The notes under the pieces were generated by a model. That model was given only the letters and a program-made list of their open reading frames with translations, was not told the DNA's origin and ran no database searches. A stretch of 64,000 nt of DNA, from positions 1,488,001 to 1,552,000 of the forward strand of contig LSRY02000015.1 in assembly GCA_001643675.2 (NCBI GenBank), written 5' to 3'. Shown here piece by piece: positions 1 to 11,738 of this stretch. Every line of letters starts with the position of its first letter. Position 1 is the stretch's first letter. Source of the stretch: Monocercomonoides exilis PA203 (Eukaryota > Protista > Preaxostyla). Both the position numbers and the translations under genes were made by a program.

Positions 1-3000
1 AAGTGATTTATTTGAACTTGTGAGCTGCAAGGCAACACAAAACACAGGTGGAGAGCACGGATATGGAGGAGGGATTTATCTTCATCTGGATGATGAGGCG
101 AGTTCATTCATTTTGAGGGATGTTTCATTTTCTGGATGTGATGCCAGAGAGGGGAAAGAAATCTTCATTAACTCTTATGATCTATCGAGTGTGATTAGCA
201 GAACATCGATGGGATTTGAAGTTGATTTGAATAACTTTACGAAATTGAATGGATTCGAGAGATCAACATTGAATGATGCATTTGCCATCCCGCTGGTGGT
301 GTATCTGTGGGATAACTTTTCAGGGTCTGCCTTTGTTGGAGGAGGATCATTGAGCCATGATTTTTCGATATGTGGATATGAGTTATTTCCATGCTCCACA
401 ATCGCGAAGGCAGCATCGGTCCATTTTGAAGGGAAGAAAAAAGACATAACCATTCTTGAATCATTTGCCTTTGAGGATGAATTGAGCTTGAGGACAGATG
501 AATGGAACGTCAAGGCAAAACAGAATGAGATGAAATGTGAGGTTGCCGATCTGACAGAGGGAACGCAAAGTGGATTGATTGAGAACTCAGTTTCTGTGTC
601 AATGACTAGCATTGTATTTTCTTTGATTCAATCGCTTTCATCTCATGAAAGTGTGTTTGAATGTCATTCTGAGAAACTCACACTGAACAAATGTGGGATG
701 GAAGGAGGGATTGAGGCTATTTCAACAGTATTTGTGAGTGTTGTTGGAGGGGCTGTGGAGGTGAGTGAGTTTTCAACAATGAATATGAGAATAGAAGATT
801 CATCGTTTTTCATTGTTGAGGGAAGTATTAATTCAAGGCCTTCAATGAACATGACAAACAGCGATTTTGGAGAAATCTCATTTGGCGATGGATGTATTGT
901 TGAGTTCCACAACGGAAATATCGAGAAGATAACAGGATGCACATTTTCATCGATTACTCGTTCGAAGGGAAGTGGAGGGTGCATCAGCATTACGAACGAT
1001 GGTTATGATGGAAGCGATTGCAAAGTGGAAATAAATGACTGTACATTTGAAGAGTGTGCTGTTGAAGAAGAAGGAACTGAGATTGGAGGTGGTGCACTCT
1101 TTTGTGAAGCATCTTCGAAAACGAATCTTTTGATAAATTTGTGTTCGTTTTATTGTTGCACAGCTCCATATGAAGGGGAAGAAGTTGGATATGGAGGAGG
1201 AATCATGTTGAGCTTGTTGAGTGAAATGGGCGAGGCAACATTTATGATATCCTCTCCAACTTTTTCTTCTGACAAGCCAAACAATGCAAGGTTTGGGAAG
1301 GATTTGTTTGTTTCGTCTCCATCGCTTATCAGCAGTATCAAGAACGAAACCCTGCCATTTGTGAATGATCGACTGGAGATACTGACCGAAGACTCGATGA
1401 GAGGGTACGATGGAGGAAACAGAGAGTGTGCAATCCCACTGATCTATTTCTGGAAAGAGGTTGGGTCGAGTGTGCATGTGGCGAGGGAAGGAAATAATGT
1501 GGTTGTGTGTGGGCTGTTGGAGTATCCGTGCGGGTCTGTTGATTATGGGCTGAAGAGAGGGAGTGGTTTGGGGATTTGGTCGATTGCCATTCAGGGGACT
1601 TGTGATGTGAGGAATGAAATGAGTGTGAGTGGGATGAGGCTGGAAGGAACAAATGGCGAAACAGACAAAATTCAATTTGTGAAAGCGATTGAAGGAGACA
1701 AGGGCGCTGTTGTTGAATGCAAAGGAGTTGTTCAATTCAAAGAAGTGGGGATGGTGATTCCGACTGCCTTCGATAACGAGGCAAGCATCCTCATCCAGAC
1801 AGGCTCAGATGCAATCAATACGAGTATTGCAGGTTGTTCAATTCACATGAGTGATAATGCAGAAGGTGAATTGACATTTGTATTGATAAGTGCCACAAAA
1901 GGAATTGTCGAGATTGAAAAGACAAAGATGGCAGGGTTGGCATCAATGCATGAGATAATGAGCATATCAGTTGGATGTGTGATAACCATGAGCGATGTGT
2001 CCTTTGAAGAAATATCATTGAGCGAGAAAAGTGCAATTGCGATGAGTGAAAGTGAGATTCCTGGAAATGGAAATGATAATGCAGAAGAAGAAGAGTGGAA
2101 TGTTCTGTTTGAGCAATGTTCGTTTGTGAATGTGAAGAACACAGTGCCAAACAACCCTTCATTTCTTTTCTGTGATATGCAGAATGAAATGAAATTGAAA
2201 ATGGAGAATTCGACAATTGATGGTTGTGGATCTGCAAGCTCGAATGAAGGAGGAGGCATGTTTTTCCTTCTCAACGAGAGGGGAAGACTGGAAATGAATC
2301 ACACAAATGTGACAGAATGCTTCTGTTCGAACAACGGGAGAGGCGGAGGATTGTTTTTGAAAACGCAGAGTGTTGCAAAGAAGTCTTTGCCATTTGTGCT
2401 GTCGAACATCACATTCAAGGAGAATGTTGCACTGAAGGGGAGAGATATGTTTGTGAAGTGCACAGACCTTGACTCGCAGATAAGTGAATCACAGTTCCTG
2501 ATAAACTTTGGGGAGCCGTTTGTGAAGGAGCTGGCGATATGGGGATGCACAGCAGACGATTATGGGGACGAAGAGGATCTGTTGGGGAGGGTGTATGTGT
2601 TCAGGAGCGAATTCATATTTGTGTCATCGATTGTGGGGAACAGCAGCAACAGCAAGAACTGTGGGGAAATGAAGGGTGCATGCTCATCGCTGAATGTTGG
2701 GGTGAGCCACATCATTCCATCGGATTATTCGCAGCTGCTGATATGGAATGAGACAACACTAACTGGTTCATGCTCAGCTCAAAAGGTGACAATCAAGTCG
2801 ATGGAGGCAAGCAGGAATGCTGAGATAAAAGTGAATGAGATGAGCTTGGCTGATGGAGTTGTGACAACATCAGAGACTGTTCGAATTGAGAAAGTTTCAT
2901 TTGTTTTTGGTGTAATGCAGAATGTTGTCTGCCCGTGCTTAATACACCAAGCGAATGGATCTCTAATTCTCGAATCTGTTTCATTCTTATCAGAGAGCGG

Positions 3001-5599
3001 ATCAATGGAGAATTCACAAACCCTTTTTGACTTTTCTCTGCTGGTTGTTGAAAATGGGATATTTGAGGCAGATCGATGTGGTGTTGGGTGCTTGAAATTT
3101 TCAAAGTCCATGTTTCAGATATTGTGCTCAGAAAGAGCAACATTTGAAGATCTGACTGTTTGCAATGCCCAATGCACAAGCTCAGCGATTGAATGTGGAA
3201 AGAACGAGAAAGTGATAATTTCAAAGTTGGCAGCCACAAACATTTCTCTCCAAGATAGAAGCCTTATCTCATTTGAAAATGGCCATTCTTCACTCGTTTT
3301 ATCTTTGGCGTTATCATCATTCACAAATATCAGCCGATTAGCATCCAGGCCTAGTGTTGTTTGCGCAACTCAACCTCTGGCCGGCTTGGAGATGTGCAAC
3401 TGCTCTATTCGTGAGTGCATATCAGATTGTGTGAAAGGAAGCCAAGTGGCAATTGCTTTGGCAGAAAGTGCTTTGATGGATTTGTGCCAGTTTGAGGGAA
3501 GCATGGCTGATAATACCGAAGAAATAAATGGTGTGAGTAATAAGATCTGTCAGTGGAATGGTTCAGTTGTTGATTTTTCGAAGAGTTCTGTAATGATAAA
3601 AGACACAACAATCTGCAACTCCTCAAAGGGAGGGATGACAGTGAGTGGAGGAAATGCGATAATTGAGAAAGGAGAGTTTTTGAATAGCAATCCATCAATA
3701 GCAAATTACCCATCACTGAGAAGAAATATCATCTGTTCAGATTCTGGAACATTGAATGTGATGAGTCTGAAAGGAGGAGATGGATGGGAAAGAAACACAT
3801 CACTTTGGATGTTGAATTATGGATGCAGCTTTGAAGGGATTATTTCTGAAAGAGCATCTTCATTTTTCATCCCAGTGTTGGAGAGTGTTGAAGCAAATGA
3901 GAAAGGAGCAGAAATGGAGATTGTATTCAAAGGGAAGCTTCTGCTGCCTTGCAACTTGTCATTCATGATTGTGAAACAGATGGGCGATGAAAAGCAGATA
4001 GAGAAATATGAGTTTGATGAAAGTGAATATGCTTCAGAGACAGAAGTCGAAGGGAGGCTGAAAAGGGAGATAATTCGTGAGGCAGGAGATGAGGAAGAGG
4101 TGAGAGTGAGCATTCTGTTTGGAAATGCCAAAAACCCATCATCCACTGATTCTTTCATTCTGAAGAACAGAAGTGAGCCCAAGGCTAATGGAGATGAAAG
4201 GATTGTTGAAGGAGGAAAAGAAGGGAAATCGTATTGGTTGTTGATTGTGATAATCATGGGCATCATATTGTTGATTGTTCTGATTGGATTTATTTTATTT
4301 ATTGTTCGATGGAGGAAAGTGAAGGAAAGAAATGAGGAATTGCAAGAGATTGTGAATGACAACATCAGAAAAGATCCCAAAGCATTTGAGATGGTTACGA
4401 TGGAGATGTCACCTGAGGAGCAGTGGAGAAGAGCAGAAAGAGAGGCTGAGAAGAAGAATGATGAGAGGATGAAGAAGAGAGTGTATGAGAAAAGCTTGGG
4501 ACACTCAGAGTCTTCAGAGCATCTTCTCTCCGAGAGTGGATCAACTGAATATATCCTTGGAAGAGACTCAGACAAGATCCCTCAATGGATGTCGGAGAAA
4601 GATGAAGAAGAAGAGATAAGGAAGAGAACACCTTCGCCATCAATTTCTTCCACTTGCTCAACTGATTCAGATTCAACATTTGTTCGAGGGGAGGATTTGT
4701 GTCCTACAACCTCGTCGATGTCGAACTTGGTTGATGCAATGGCCTGTTCATCGCCTCATGAGAAGCTGATTGTGGATTTGAGGGATTCATTGTTCATGCT
4801 CCTGCATGGGAGGAATAAGACAAAAGAGATGGCGATTGGAAGTCTTCAAGAGAGGGAGCAAACAGCTGCTCAGATCCTGTTCTGGGTGGCTAATCTCTCA
4901 CTCCATTCATTTGATGAGATGGAAAACCCTCTTCAATCATTGAATAATCTGAGTCCGCACATTGTTCTCTTCTCCGAGCACATGGTCATCTGCATTGTGA
5001 TGCATTCTGATATTTTACTAGATGATGATTCAGATTCATCATCCATTTCATCATCAACCGTTGTGACATCTGCCAGTGGCAATGATGATGATGAAGACTC
5101 TCTGCCCTCATCTGCCTTTGAGGAAGAAGATAGTTTCAAAAAAGAGTGCCTGAGGTGGAAGGCGCCTGAGCTGCATATCAACAAGAAGATGGGGGCAACA
5201 AAGGAGTCAGTTGCCTTTTCGATTGGGATGATGCTGTGGGAGTGCTTGACCCTTCAAATCCCATTTGGAGACTATGAAGCAGAAGTGGCTGGGCAGAAGA
5301 TAGTGAATGGGGAGCGACCAAGGGTTGAGAAGATTGGAGATCCGTCGATGAGAGGGATCGTGGAGCGGTGCTTGTTGGAAGAGAGCAAGAGCCGGCCGAC
5401 GCTTGTTGAGATGAAACGAGAGTTCATTCAGCGGTTTCCGCCAGGTGCAGTGACACTGACGATTTCAGATGCGATTGACATTGGCAGCGGGGTAGAAGAT
5501 AGGAGCAAGGCCAGCAATGAAAGTGGATCAAGCAGGACGATTTATAATGAGAGCTCAATTTACTCACTTGTAAGGCCTGAGCGTAGAGATCGAGAGTGA
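1..5599 (+). CDS. Giant single-pass receptor-like protein, paralog A (5'-truncated by the window): Cys-rich beta-helix/Pmp-like ectodomain modules, TM helix, degenerate TK/TKL-like kinase domain
   Basis: Frame is open from position 2 (SDLFELVSCKA, as in paralog C). It has repeated GGG(I/L/M)(Y/F) and CG....PC.(T/S) motifs, a TM segment YWLLIVIIMGIILLIVLIGFILFIV (~4230-4310), and kinase C-lobe motifs LRWKAPE, FSIGMMLWECLT..IPFG, GERP and RPT. Confidence 0.9.
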   Translation, partial: SDLFELVSCKATQNTGGEHGYGGGIYLHLDDEASSFILRDVSFSGCDAREGKEIFINSYDLSSVISRTSMGFEVDLNNFTKLNGFERSTLNDAFAIPLVVYLWDNFSGSAFVGGGSLSHDFSICGYELFPCSTIAKAASVHFEGKKKDITILESFAFEDELSLRTDEWNVKAKQNEMKCEVADLTEGTQSGLIENSVSVSMTSIVFSLIQSLSSHESVFECHSEKLTLNKCGMEGGIEAISTVFVSVVGGAVEVSEFSTMNMRIEDSSFFIVEGSINSRPSMNMTNSDFGEISFGDGCIVEFHNGNIEKITGCTFSSITRSKGSGGCISITNDGYDGSDCKVEINDCTFEECAVEEEGTEIGGGALFCEASSKTNLLINLCSFYCCTAPYEGEEVGYGGGIMLSLLSEMGEATFMISSPTFSSDKPNNARFGKDLFVSSPSLISSIKNETLPFVNDRLEILTEDSMRGYDGGNRECAIPLIYFWKEVGSSVHVAREGNNVVVCGLLEYPCGSVDYGLKRGSGLGIWSIAIQGTCDVRNEMSVSGMRLEGTNGETDKIQFVKAIEGDKGAVVECKGVVQFKEVGMVIPTAFDNEASILIQTGSDAINTSIAGCSIHMSDNAEGELTFVLISATKGIVEIEKTKMAGLASMHEIMSISVGCVITMSDVSFEEISLSEKSAIAMSESEIPGNGNDNAEEEEWNVLFEQCSFVNVKNTVPNNPSFLFCDMQNEMKLKMENSTIDGCGSASSNEGGGMFFLLNERGRLEMNHTNVTECFCSNNGRGGGLFLKTQSVAKKSLPFVLSNITFKENVALKGRDMFVKCTDLDSQISESQFLINFGEPFVKELAIWGCTADDYGDEEDLLGRVYVFRSEFIFVSSIVGNSSNSKNCGEMKGACSSLNVGVSHIIPSDYSQLLIWNETTLTGSCSAQKVTIKSMEASRNAEIKVNEMSLADGVVTTSETVRIEKVSFVFGVMQNVVCPCLIHQANGSLILESVSFLSESGSMENSQTLFDFSLLVVENGIFEADRCGVGCLKFSKSMFQILCSERATFEDLTVCNAQCTSSAIECGKNEKVIISKLAATNISLQDRSLISFENGHSSLVLSLALSSFTNISRLASRPSVVCATQPLAGLEMCNCSIRECISDCVKGSQVAIALAESALMDLCQFEGSMADNTEEINGVSNKICQWNGSVVDFSKSSVMIKDTTICNSSKGGMTVSGGNAIIEKGEFLNSNPSIANYPSLRRNIICSDSGTLNVMSLKGGDGWERNTSLWMLNYGCSFEGIISERASSFFIPVLESVEANEKGAEMEIVFKGKLLLPCNLSFMIVKQMGDEKQIEKYEFDESEYASETEVEGRLKREIIREAGDEEEVRVSILFGNAKNPSSTDSFILKNRSEPKANGDERIVEGGKEGKSYWLLIVIIMGIILLIVLIGFILFIVRWRKVKERNEELQEIVNDNIRKDPKAFEMVTMEMSPEEQWRRAEREAEKKNDERMKKRVYEKSLGHSESSEHLLSESGSTEYILGRDSDKIPQWMSEKDEEEEIRKRTPSPSISSTCSTDSDSTFVRGEDLCPTTSSMSNLVDAMACSSPHEKLIVDLRDSLFMLLHGRNKTKEMAIGSLQEREQTAAQILFWVANLSLHSFDEMENPLQSLNNLSPHIVLFSEHMVICIVMHSDILLDDDSDSSSISSSTVVTSASGNDDDEDSLPSSAFEEEDSFKKECLRWKAPELHINKKMGATKESVAFSIGMMLWECLTLQIPFGDYEAEVAGQKIVNGERPRVEKIGDPSMRGIVERCLLEESKSRPTLVEMKREFIQRFPPGAVTLTISDAIDIGSGVEDRSKASNESGSSRTIYNESSIYSLVRPERRDRE

Positions 5600-6176
5600 T
5601 GCACAAGCGTCACGGGTGAAAAACATTTGCATGGAAACTGCTTCATTGTTTGCACTGACATATAGTGAATCGATTGAGAGAAGTGGGCAAAACGTGAGCT
5701 AGCAGAGGGAGTTTTGATTTAGCGGAGCAAGCAAGAACCGCAAACGGGACAAAAGTCGTGGCTGAACAGCTTTGCTTGACAAAACGATGTGACTTCAATG
5801 ACAAGAGAAAGAAGAGTGGAGCAACCATACGGATGGTGTTGCTGCATCTCTGAAAATATATTGACAGTTGCTGTTGTAATTATATAGATGCCTTCATTTC
5901 ATCGTTTGGCTTCATCATTTTTTTTTCAAAGCATTCATCAAAAAAGCCTTAGTGAAAGCAAAATCATTAACTGTGGGACTTCGGTCCTTGAGGAATTGCA
6001 GAAATTTTTGATGGATAGTTTCTTTTAATGATTTTTTTAAGAATGAATAATTTAACCCAATTCACAAAAATGTATTTTTCACAGTCTTCGTAGATTTTTC
6101 TGATGAATGTTATTCTAACAATATGAAAGCATTTTTTTTTAGAGAAGAAAAAAAAACGTTGAAAATGATAATGTCT

Positions 6177-9100
6177 CTATGAAAGATGTGTTTCCATCTC
6201 TTTTTCCATCTTTTCAAGTTCCCTTTTCATTTGTAATGCCTTCTGTTTTTTCTTTTCTGCCTCTTTTCCTTTTTTATCTGATGCCAACTTCATAAGTTCT
6301 GGTGCATCCAAACGTGATGGCCCAGTAAGCCCAAATACCAGCTCTCCGTCGTCAATAACCTTCATAGCATCTCTCTCAGCTTGTGTTCCATCCTTCTGTA
6401 GCATAAACAAAGATACGGCTTCCTTTGCAACTTTTCCTGGCTTAACATTACCAGGAAGCAGCTTTGCATGATATTTGAAGTGTCTTGCAACAGAAAATGG
6501 AACGACCACAGGTAAAGCAGCTACAATTGTATCCTCCTGTGTTGGATTACCTGTAAGTTGTTTGATAATTGACAATGATGTATCAAATGGAGCGCTGTTT
6601 GAAGTGGTTGAAGAAATGGAAGAAGAAGAAGATGATGATGATGATGATGGCTGATTTGATTGAGACGAAAAGATGCCCTCTTCTACATCTGCGCTTTCCT
6701 TATCTTTCAGCGTTAAATCCTCTGATAGTTCTTCAATCATAGCTGATTCAAGGTAATCTTGCCTCAAGAGTGGGCAATCTCTCATCTTGTGGCCAAGCTG
6801 CTTGCATCTGAAACACACAAGTTTAGACGAAGCCAAGTCTGATGCAGATGAACTATCTCCACTTACACTTGCATCACTCGAAGGAAGAAGCTGTGAAGGA
6901 TCGATTCCAGAAGAAGCTCCAAAAAATGATGGTGGAAGTTCAGGGATTACATCTGTAACTGGAGGAACTGTCGAAGATAAGGCATCATCATTTTGTAGTT
7001 TTGATTGCGTGCTTGGCTTCCCTGCTTGCTGTTTTGAAGTTGGCTTTCCTTTGTCTCCTTTTTTCCCTTTGCCTTTCCCTCCTTTGAGCGCTTCGTCCTT
7101 TTCATTGTCTTTAAAAGCGCTTCTTGCTTCTCCTTCATCTTTCACAAAACGAGGAAGGACTTCGCCTTTCTTCCCCTTTATCAGCTCCATCCGAATGCGC
7201 CGTTCTTCTTCATCCTGATCAGCATACTTCTCTTTGATCTTCTTGTATTTCGATCGCTGACCTCGTTTCAGCTTTGTTGGTGGAACAGCAAGTGGCAGGT
7301 CATCCATTTTCGGTGATGGTGAAGACAACTTTGATTCAACAGATTTTGAATCAGATTTGTCTCTTTTTTCTTGTTTTCGTTTATCTTGTGTTTTTTTATC
7401 TTTTCCTCTTTCTTCGTCCTCCTCCTCTTCTTCTTCTTCTTCTCTATCTTCTTCTTCTTCTTCTTCATTGGATTCTCCTTCTGAATCATTCTTTTCTTTT
7501 TTCTTTTTTTCTTCCTGTTCTCTTTTTTGCTCTCTTTCAAGCTGCCGCCTTCGCTTCGCCTCTCTTTTTTCTTCTTCTTTCTTCTTTCTTTCTTCTTCCT
7601 CTCTCTTCCTCTCTTCTTCCATCCTTCTTTCTTCTTCTTCGTCAATGATATCATCATCTGCATCATACACACACTCCTTCACTCCTTTGCTTTCTCTTCT
7701 CTTGATGCTATCCTCGTCAATCACAAACATCATTGCATAGCCCATCGCCCCTCCATTCGCACTGCAATTCCACCCTTGACTCCCACTGCACCCAGGAATG
7801 CTGCTCAGCTGCGGGATTTCGTTGTGCTTGCCCAGTACCAAAAACGACCCTTTCCCCATGTACATCCCAGACGGCGCTGCCAGACGCACTTGCTCCGCCG
7901 TCACCCACCACGCATCCACATCCAGCACTCCGCTGGCCCATGCACGCGAATGAGCTACTGCCATAATCCCTGTCTCCGCAAGCGTGCGTGGCGGAATGGG
8001 CGGAATTTGATATGCTGAATGGCCTGACCTTTCATTGTCAGAGCTGTCTTCGTCGCTTTCATCCTTATTTTCTTTGCTCGAACTTCCTTTTTTATATTTG
8101 AGTGATTTGTTTCCCAGCACATTCTTGATGATAAGTGTGGCTGCTCCATCGATGTTTGCATGTACATATACGTCCTGCTTCTTCAGATACCTTCGCACCA
8201 ACATCTCGTTCGTGATGGCATCTCTCCCACACAGCACAAGATACCCGTCAGACGATATAAACCACACAAACTTCTCAAACCAGAACCGCTTCCGCATCTT
8301 CTTCATCTCTTTGTACCCTTTCAGCTCCGTCTGCTTCAGCGCCTGCTGCACTCTGCTCTGCGCCGCCTTCAGTGCCTCCATCGCCCCAACCTTCGCCTTC
8401 TTCAGATCAGACGACAGGTCCTTCTTCTTCTCAAAGTATGCTCTGCTGTTTCCATGTGCACTCAACGCCAAGTCGAGCGATATCGACAGCATTCCGTCGG
8501 TTGCCTTCTGACGCGGATTGGGCTTGCCCTGATTGGATCCTGCGCCTTTGCCTTTCTTCTGCTGCTGCCGTCGCTCACGCCTCAGCTGCCGCTTGCCTTT
8601 GTTTTGACTCCTTTCGGCTTCTTTTTCCTCTCCTTCTGCTTCTCCTTTCTCTTCTTCCTCGTTTTTCGCTTTACTTCTCTCTTTATTCTCATCAATTTCT
8701 CCATCACTTTCTTCCCCTTTCTCTTCCCTCTCCTCTTCTTCTTCTCCTTTATCTCCTCCGTCTTCCTCGTCCACCGACTTCAGCCGCACCACAATCTGGT
8801 TCGCCTCTAAATGCAGCTCCTCGATTATCTTCACCGTCTCGTCGCCCATCTGCTGGTGGTTCCGGATGATCCCTTTGATCTGCGCCCAGTCCATCCCCGT
8901 CGCCACCAGCGAGTTCACCACATCCAGACACCGCTGCACAACGTCTGCATACGCCTCTATCGTATGCCCCTTGGCTGTGTTGAGCTCTCTCTGGTAGTCG
9001 ATCTGGGACAGCCGCTGCTGCTGCGTCTGCTGCACAGCCTCCAGCCGCGTCAGGGCGGCTTCCTCGGCAGCAGACTTCGAAGAGCGCCCTTTTATTTCCT

Positions 9101-10777
9101 CGATCGTGCTGAAGTAATCGTCCAGCGCCAGGTCGAAGGACGGAAACTCCTTCACGCCGTAGCTTCCGCACTGGGGCTGGAGGGAGTCTGGTGAAGAAGA
9201 AGAGGAGGAGGAGGAAGATGAGGAGGAAGCTGGGCGGACTGAGATTTTCTTGACGATGTTTGAAAACATGATGGGGAAGAAGTCGACGTATTCCTCTGCC
9301 AGCTCATCTGCACCAGAATCTTGTTTTTCTTGTTTTGAGTCTGAAGATGACTCAGCAGATGAAGAGGCAGATGATGAAGGAGGCATCGTTGATTGAGCCA
9401 TTCCCAACAGGGATGCTGCGCTTGATGCAGAGGACGAGGAAGGAGGAGCAGATGATTTCTTAACCCATTTGAATAATATATAGCCTTTTCCCCTGATCAT
9501 CGACCTGTCGTGCAGCATGTGCTCTGTCTGTTTATGGTGATAAGTTGGCGCGTTGCAATTTATTTTATTTCAATTTATTTCATTCGATAAACAAAATGGC
9601 AAGCACATCCCATCCATATGCAAATTATCCGCAGAACATGAGATAAAATTCATTGAAAAATAAAAAGCGAAAAATATATAGCAAAATTCAAACATTCAAA
9701 AATGCTTCTGTCAAATCCTTCACAAATTGTGCATCTTGAGTCAAAAAAAGACAGTCGGCTTTTCCCTTTTGAGTAGAAACATCTGGAAGTTTCGGAATAA
9801 GATGCAGCGGTACAGCTTCCTGTGGTAACGAAAGTTGCACATTCGGATCAATATTACAACGATCAAGGCAGTAGTCAATGATATCTCCTCCGTATTCAAC
9901 GGAAGGCATCAGAAGCGCACGAATTGACCGATCTTTTTCTTTTTCTTTCCTTTGTGGCTTCTGCTTCTTCGAGGGAGCAACTGATTTTCCTTTTTCATTA
10001 CTCTTTTGGCCTTTCGTGTCTGTGCTCTCTTTTTCTCTTTTTTTACTCTTTTGTTCTTTTGCTGCAATTCCTTTGACAGCTTTATCATTTGCCTCTATCT
10101 CTTTGACTTCTTCTTCCTCTTCTTCTAATGGAGGAATAATTTCATTGGGATTTTCAACCCCGAACAAAGAAAGTGAAAGTGACTTAAAAAGACTCTTAAA
10201 CAAAAACTCCTCATTCATGATATCGTGTCTTCGAATTTTATCTAATTTATACGTTTGTCCCACAACCAAGTTATACTGTGGCTCAGGACGAGGAAACATA
10301 ACGCATAGAATTGTTTGACGGAAATCTGTCACAATGATGTTTCCAGGAGCATATAACTCTGCAATTAGATGATATCGATTTTCGCCTTGACCAAAAACAA
10401 TACAAATAACGCGGTCAACGCCAAGTTGAGCCACTTGTTCAACTTTTCTTGTCCTTAGATACTGCCTAGACTATTTTATATGCATTAAAGATTGATTATT
10501 AACAATTCAAACACTTTATCAATGTGAGCACAAATAAAAATATTTAAACTTTTTGAACAAATTGTGATTGTTTTTCTTTTGATTCGCGCATGAACTTTGT
10601 TGAATGCATTCGCTTTCCATTTTCAATAAGGATAAAATGTTTCGCAGAATCAATTGAAAATTTCAAAAAAATAGTGTTTGCGTTCAAATCATAAATGTTA
10701 TTTAAGCGTGTTCCAATTAGAAAATTTAAAGATCCAGCCTCAACAACTGTATCAACAAATGAAAATCTATTTTTCAT
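6177..10777 (-). CDS. NEMF: Ribosome quality control subunit NEMF/Rqc2, 3 exons (10777-10550, 10470-9694, 9527-6177)
   Basis: NFACT-N motifs MKNRFSFVD, QLGVDR and IAELY..GN; WFEKF.WFISSDGYLVL.GRDA..NE (NFACT-R); KLKRGQRSKYKKIKEKYADQDEEER; C-terminal KYHAKLLPG..KPGK. Both GT-AG introns preserve the frame. Confidence 0.95.
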
Positions 10778-10948
10778 TTGTTTTTTATTAATTATACATA
10801 ATGGGAAATTATGGTTTCGTTTCTTTCACAAAATTGAAATACTTGGAACTTAGATATTGTTATTATCAAGATTATTATAAAAAGCCAAATATACAAAAAT
10901 GATCGGAAACCATAAATTGGCTAATTGTGTTGTTGTGGTGATCGAAAA
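10778..10948. promoter_or_regulatory. Putative bidirectional promoter between NEMF and Rac
   Basis: 171 bp separate the divergent ATGs. An inverted 13-mer lies at 10806-10818 and 10906-10918. Confidence 0.6.
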
Positions 10949-11738
10949 ATGTCAGCTGTTACTGTATGAGTTTTATGCTTTTGCTTCAAATGAATTCAAG
11001 CCATTTTAATAATTGTTAATTGTTTCACATTTGTTTTTATTTGCATCATCGATATTAATAAGGATGTTAAATGTGTTGTTATTGGAGATGGTGCAGTTGG
11101 TAAGACTTGCATGCTTATGTCTTACACACAAAACAAATTTCCAGATGACTATATAGCAACTGTTTTTGATAACTATGAATCACTACAAGTTGTAGATGGA
11201 AAGACAGTACATCTTCAACTTTGGGATACTGCAGGACAAGAGGAATACGACAGATTGAGATCTCTCAGCTTCCCAGATACTGAAGTGTTTCTCATTTGCT
11301 TTTCAATTTCTGATCCCGCTTCTTTTCAAAATATTGAAGTGAAGGTTTATTATTATTTTATAATAATTCAATCAATTTATTTATTGTATTTTTGTATTTC
11401 AGTGGATTCCTGAGATTAAGGAATTTATCAAAGGAGTTCCAGTTATTCTTGTAGGAACAAAGGCAGATTTTCGAGAAGCGCCTCCTGAGGGCGTTAAGTT
11501 GGTTCAAAAGGAGGATGTTTGTTTTTCTTCTTAACTTTTTTAATATCTTTTCTTCTTTTTCTTTTTCTTAATTTAGGCCGAGCAAATGGTTAAACGCTTA
11601 GGATTAACAGCATACGTTGAATGCTCTGCTAGAACACAACAAAATTTGTCAGCTGTATTTGAAACAGCTGCTCGTTCAGTTCTTCAGAAAAATCAACCAC
11701 AAGAAGCAAAGAAGAGTGGTTGCTGCACTGTATTGTAA
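10949..11738 (+). CDS. RAC: Rho-family small GTPase (Rac-like), 4 exons (10949-10963, 11063-11344, 11403-11516, 11577-11738)
   Basis: [45 protein letters not shown] and C-terminal KKSGCCTVL (CaaX). Three frame-preserving GT-AG introns. Confidence 0.95.

Noticed and set aside
6774-6815. Retrotransposon gag from the CCHC knuckle
   Set aside because: In frame within NEMF, with no RT, integrase or LTRs.
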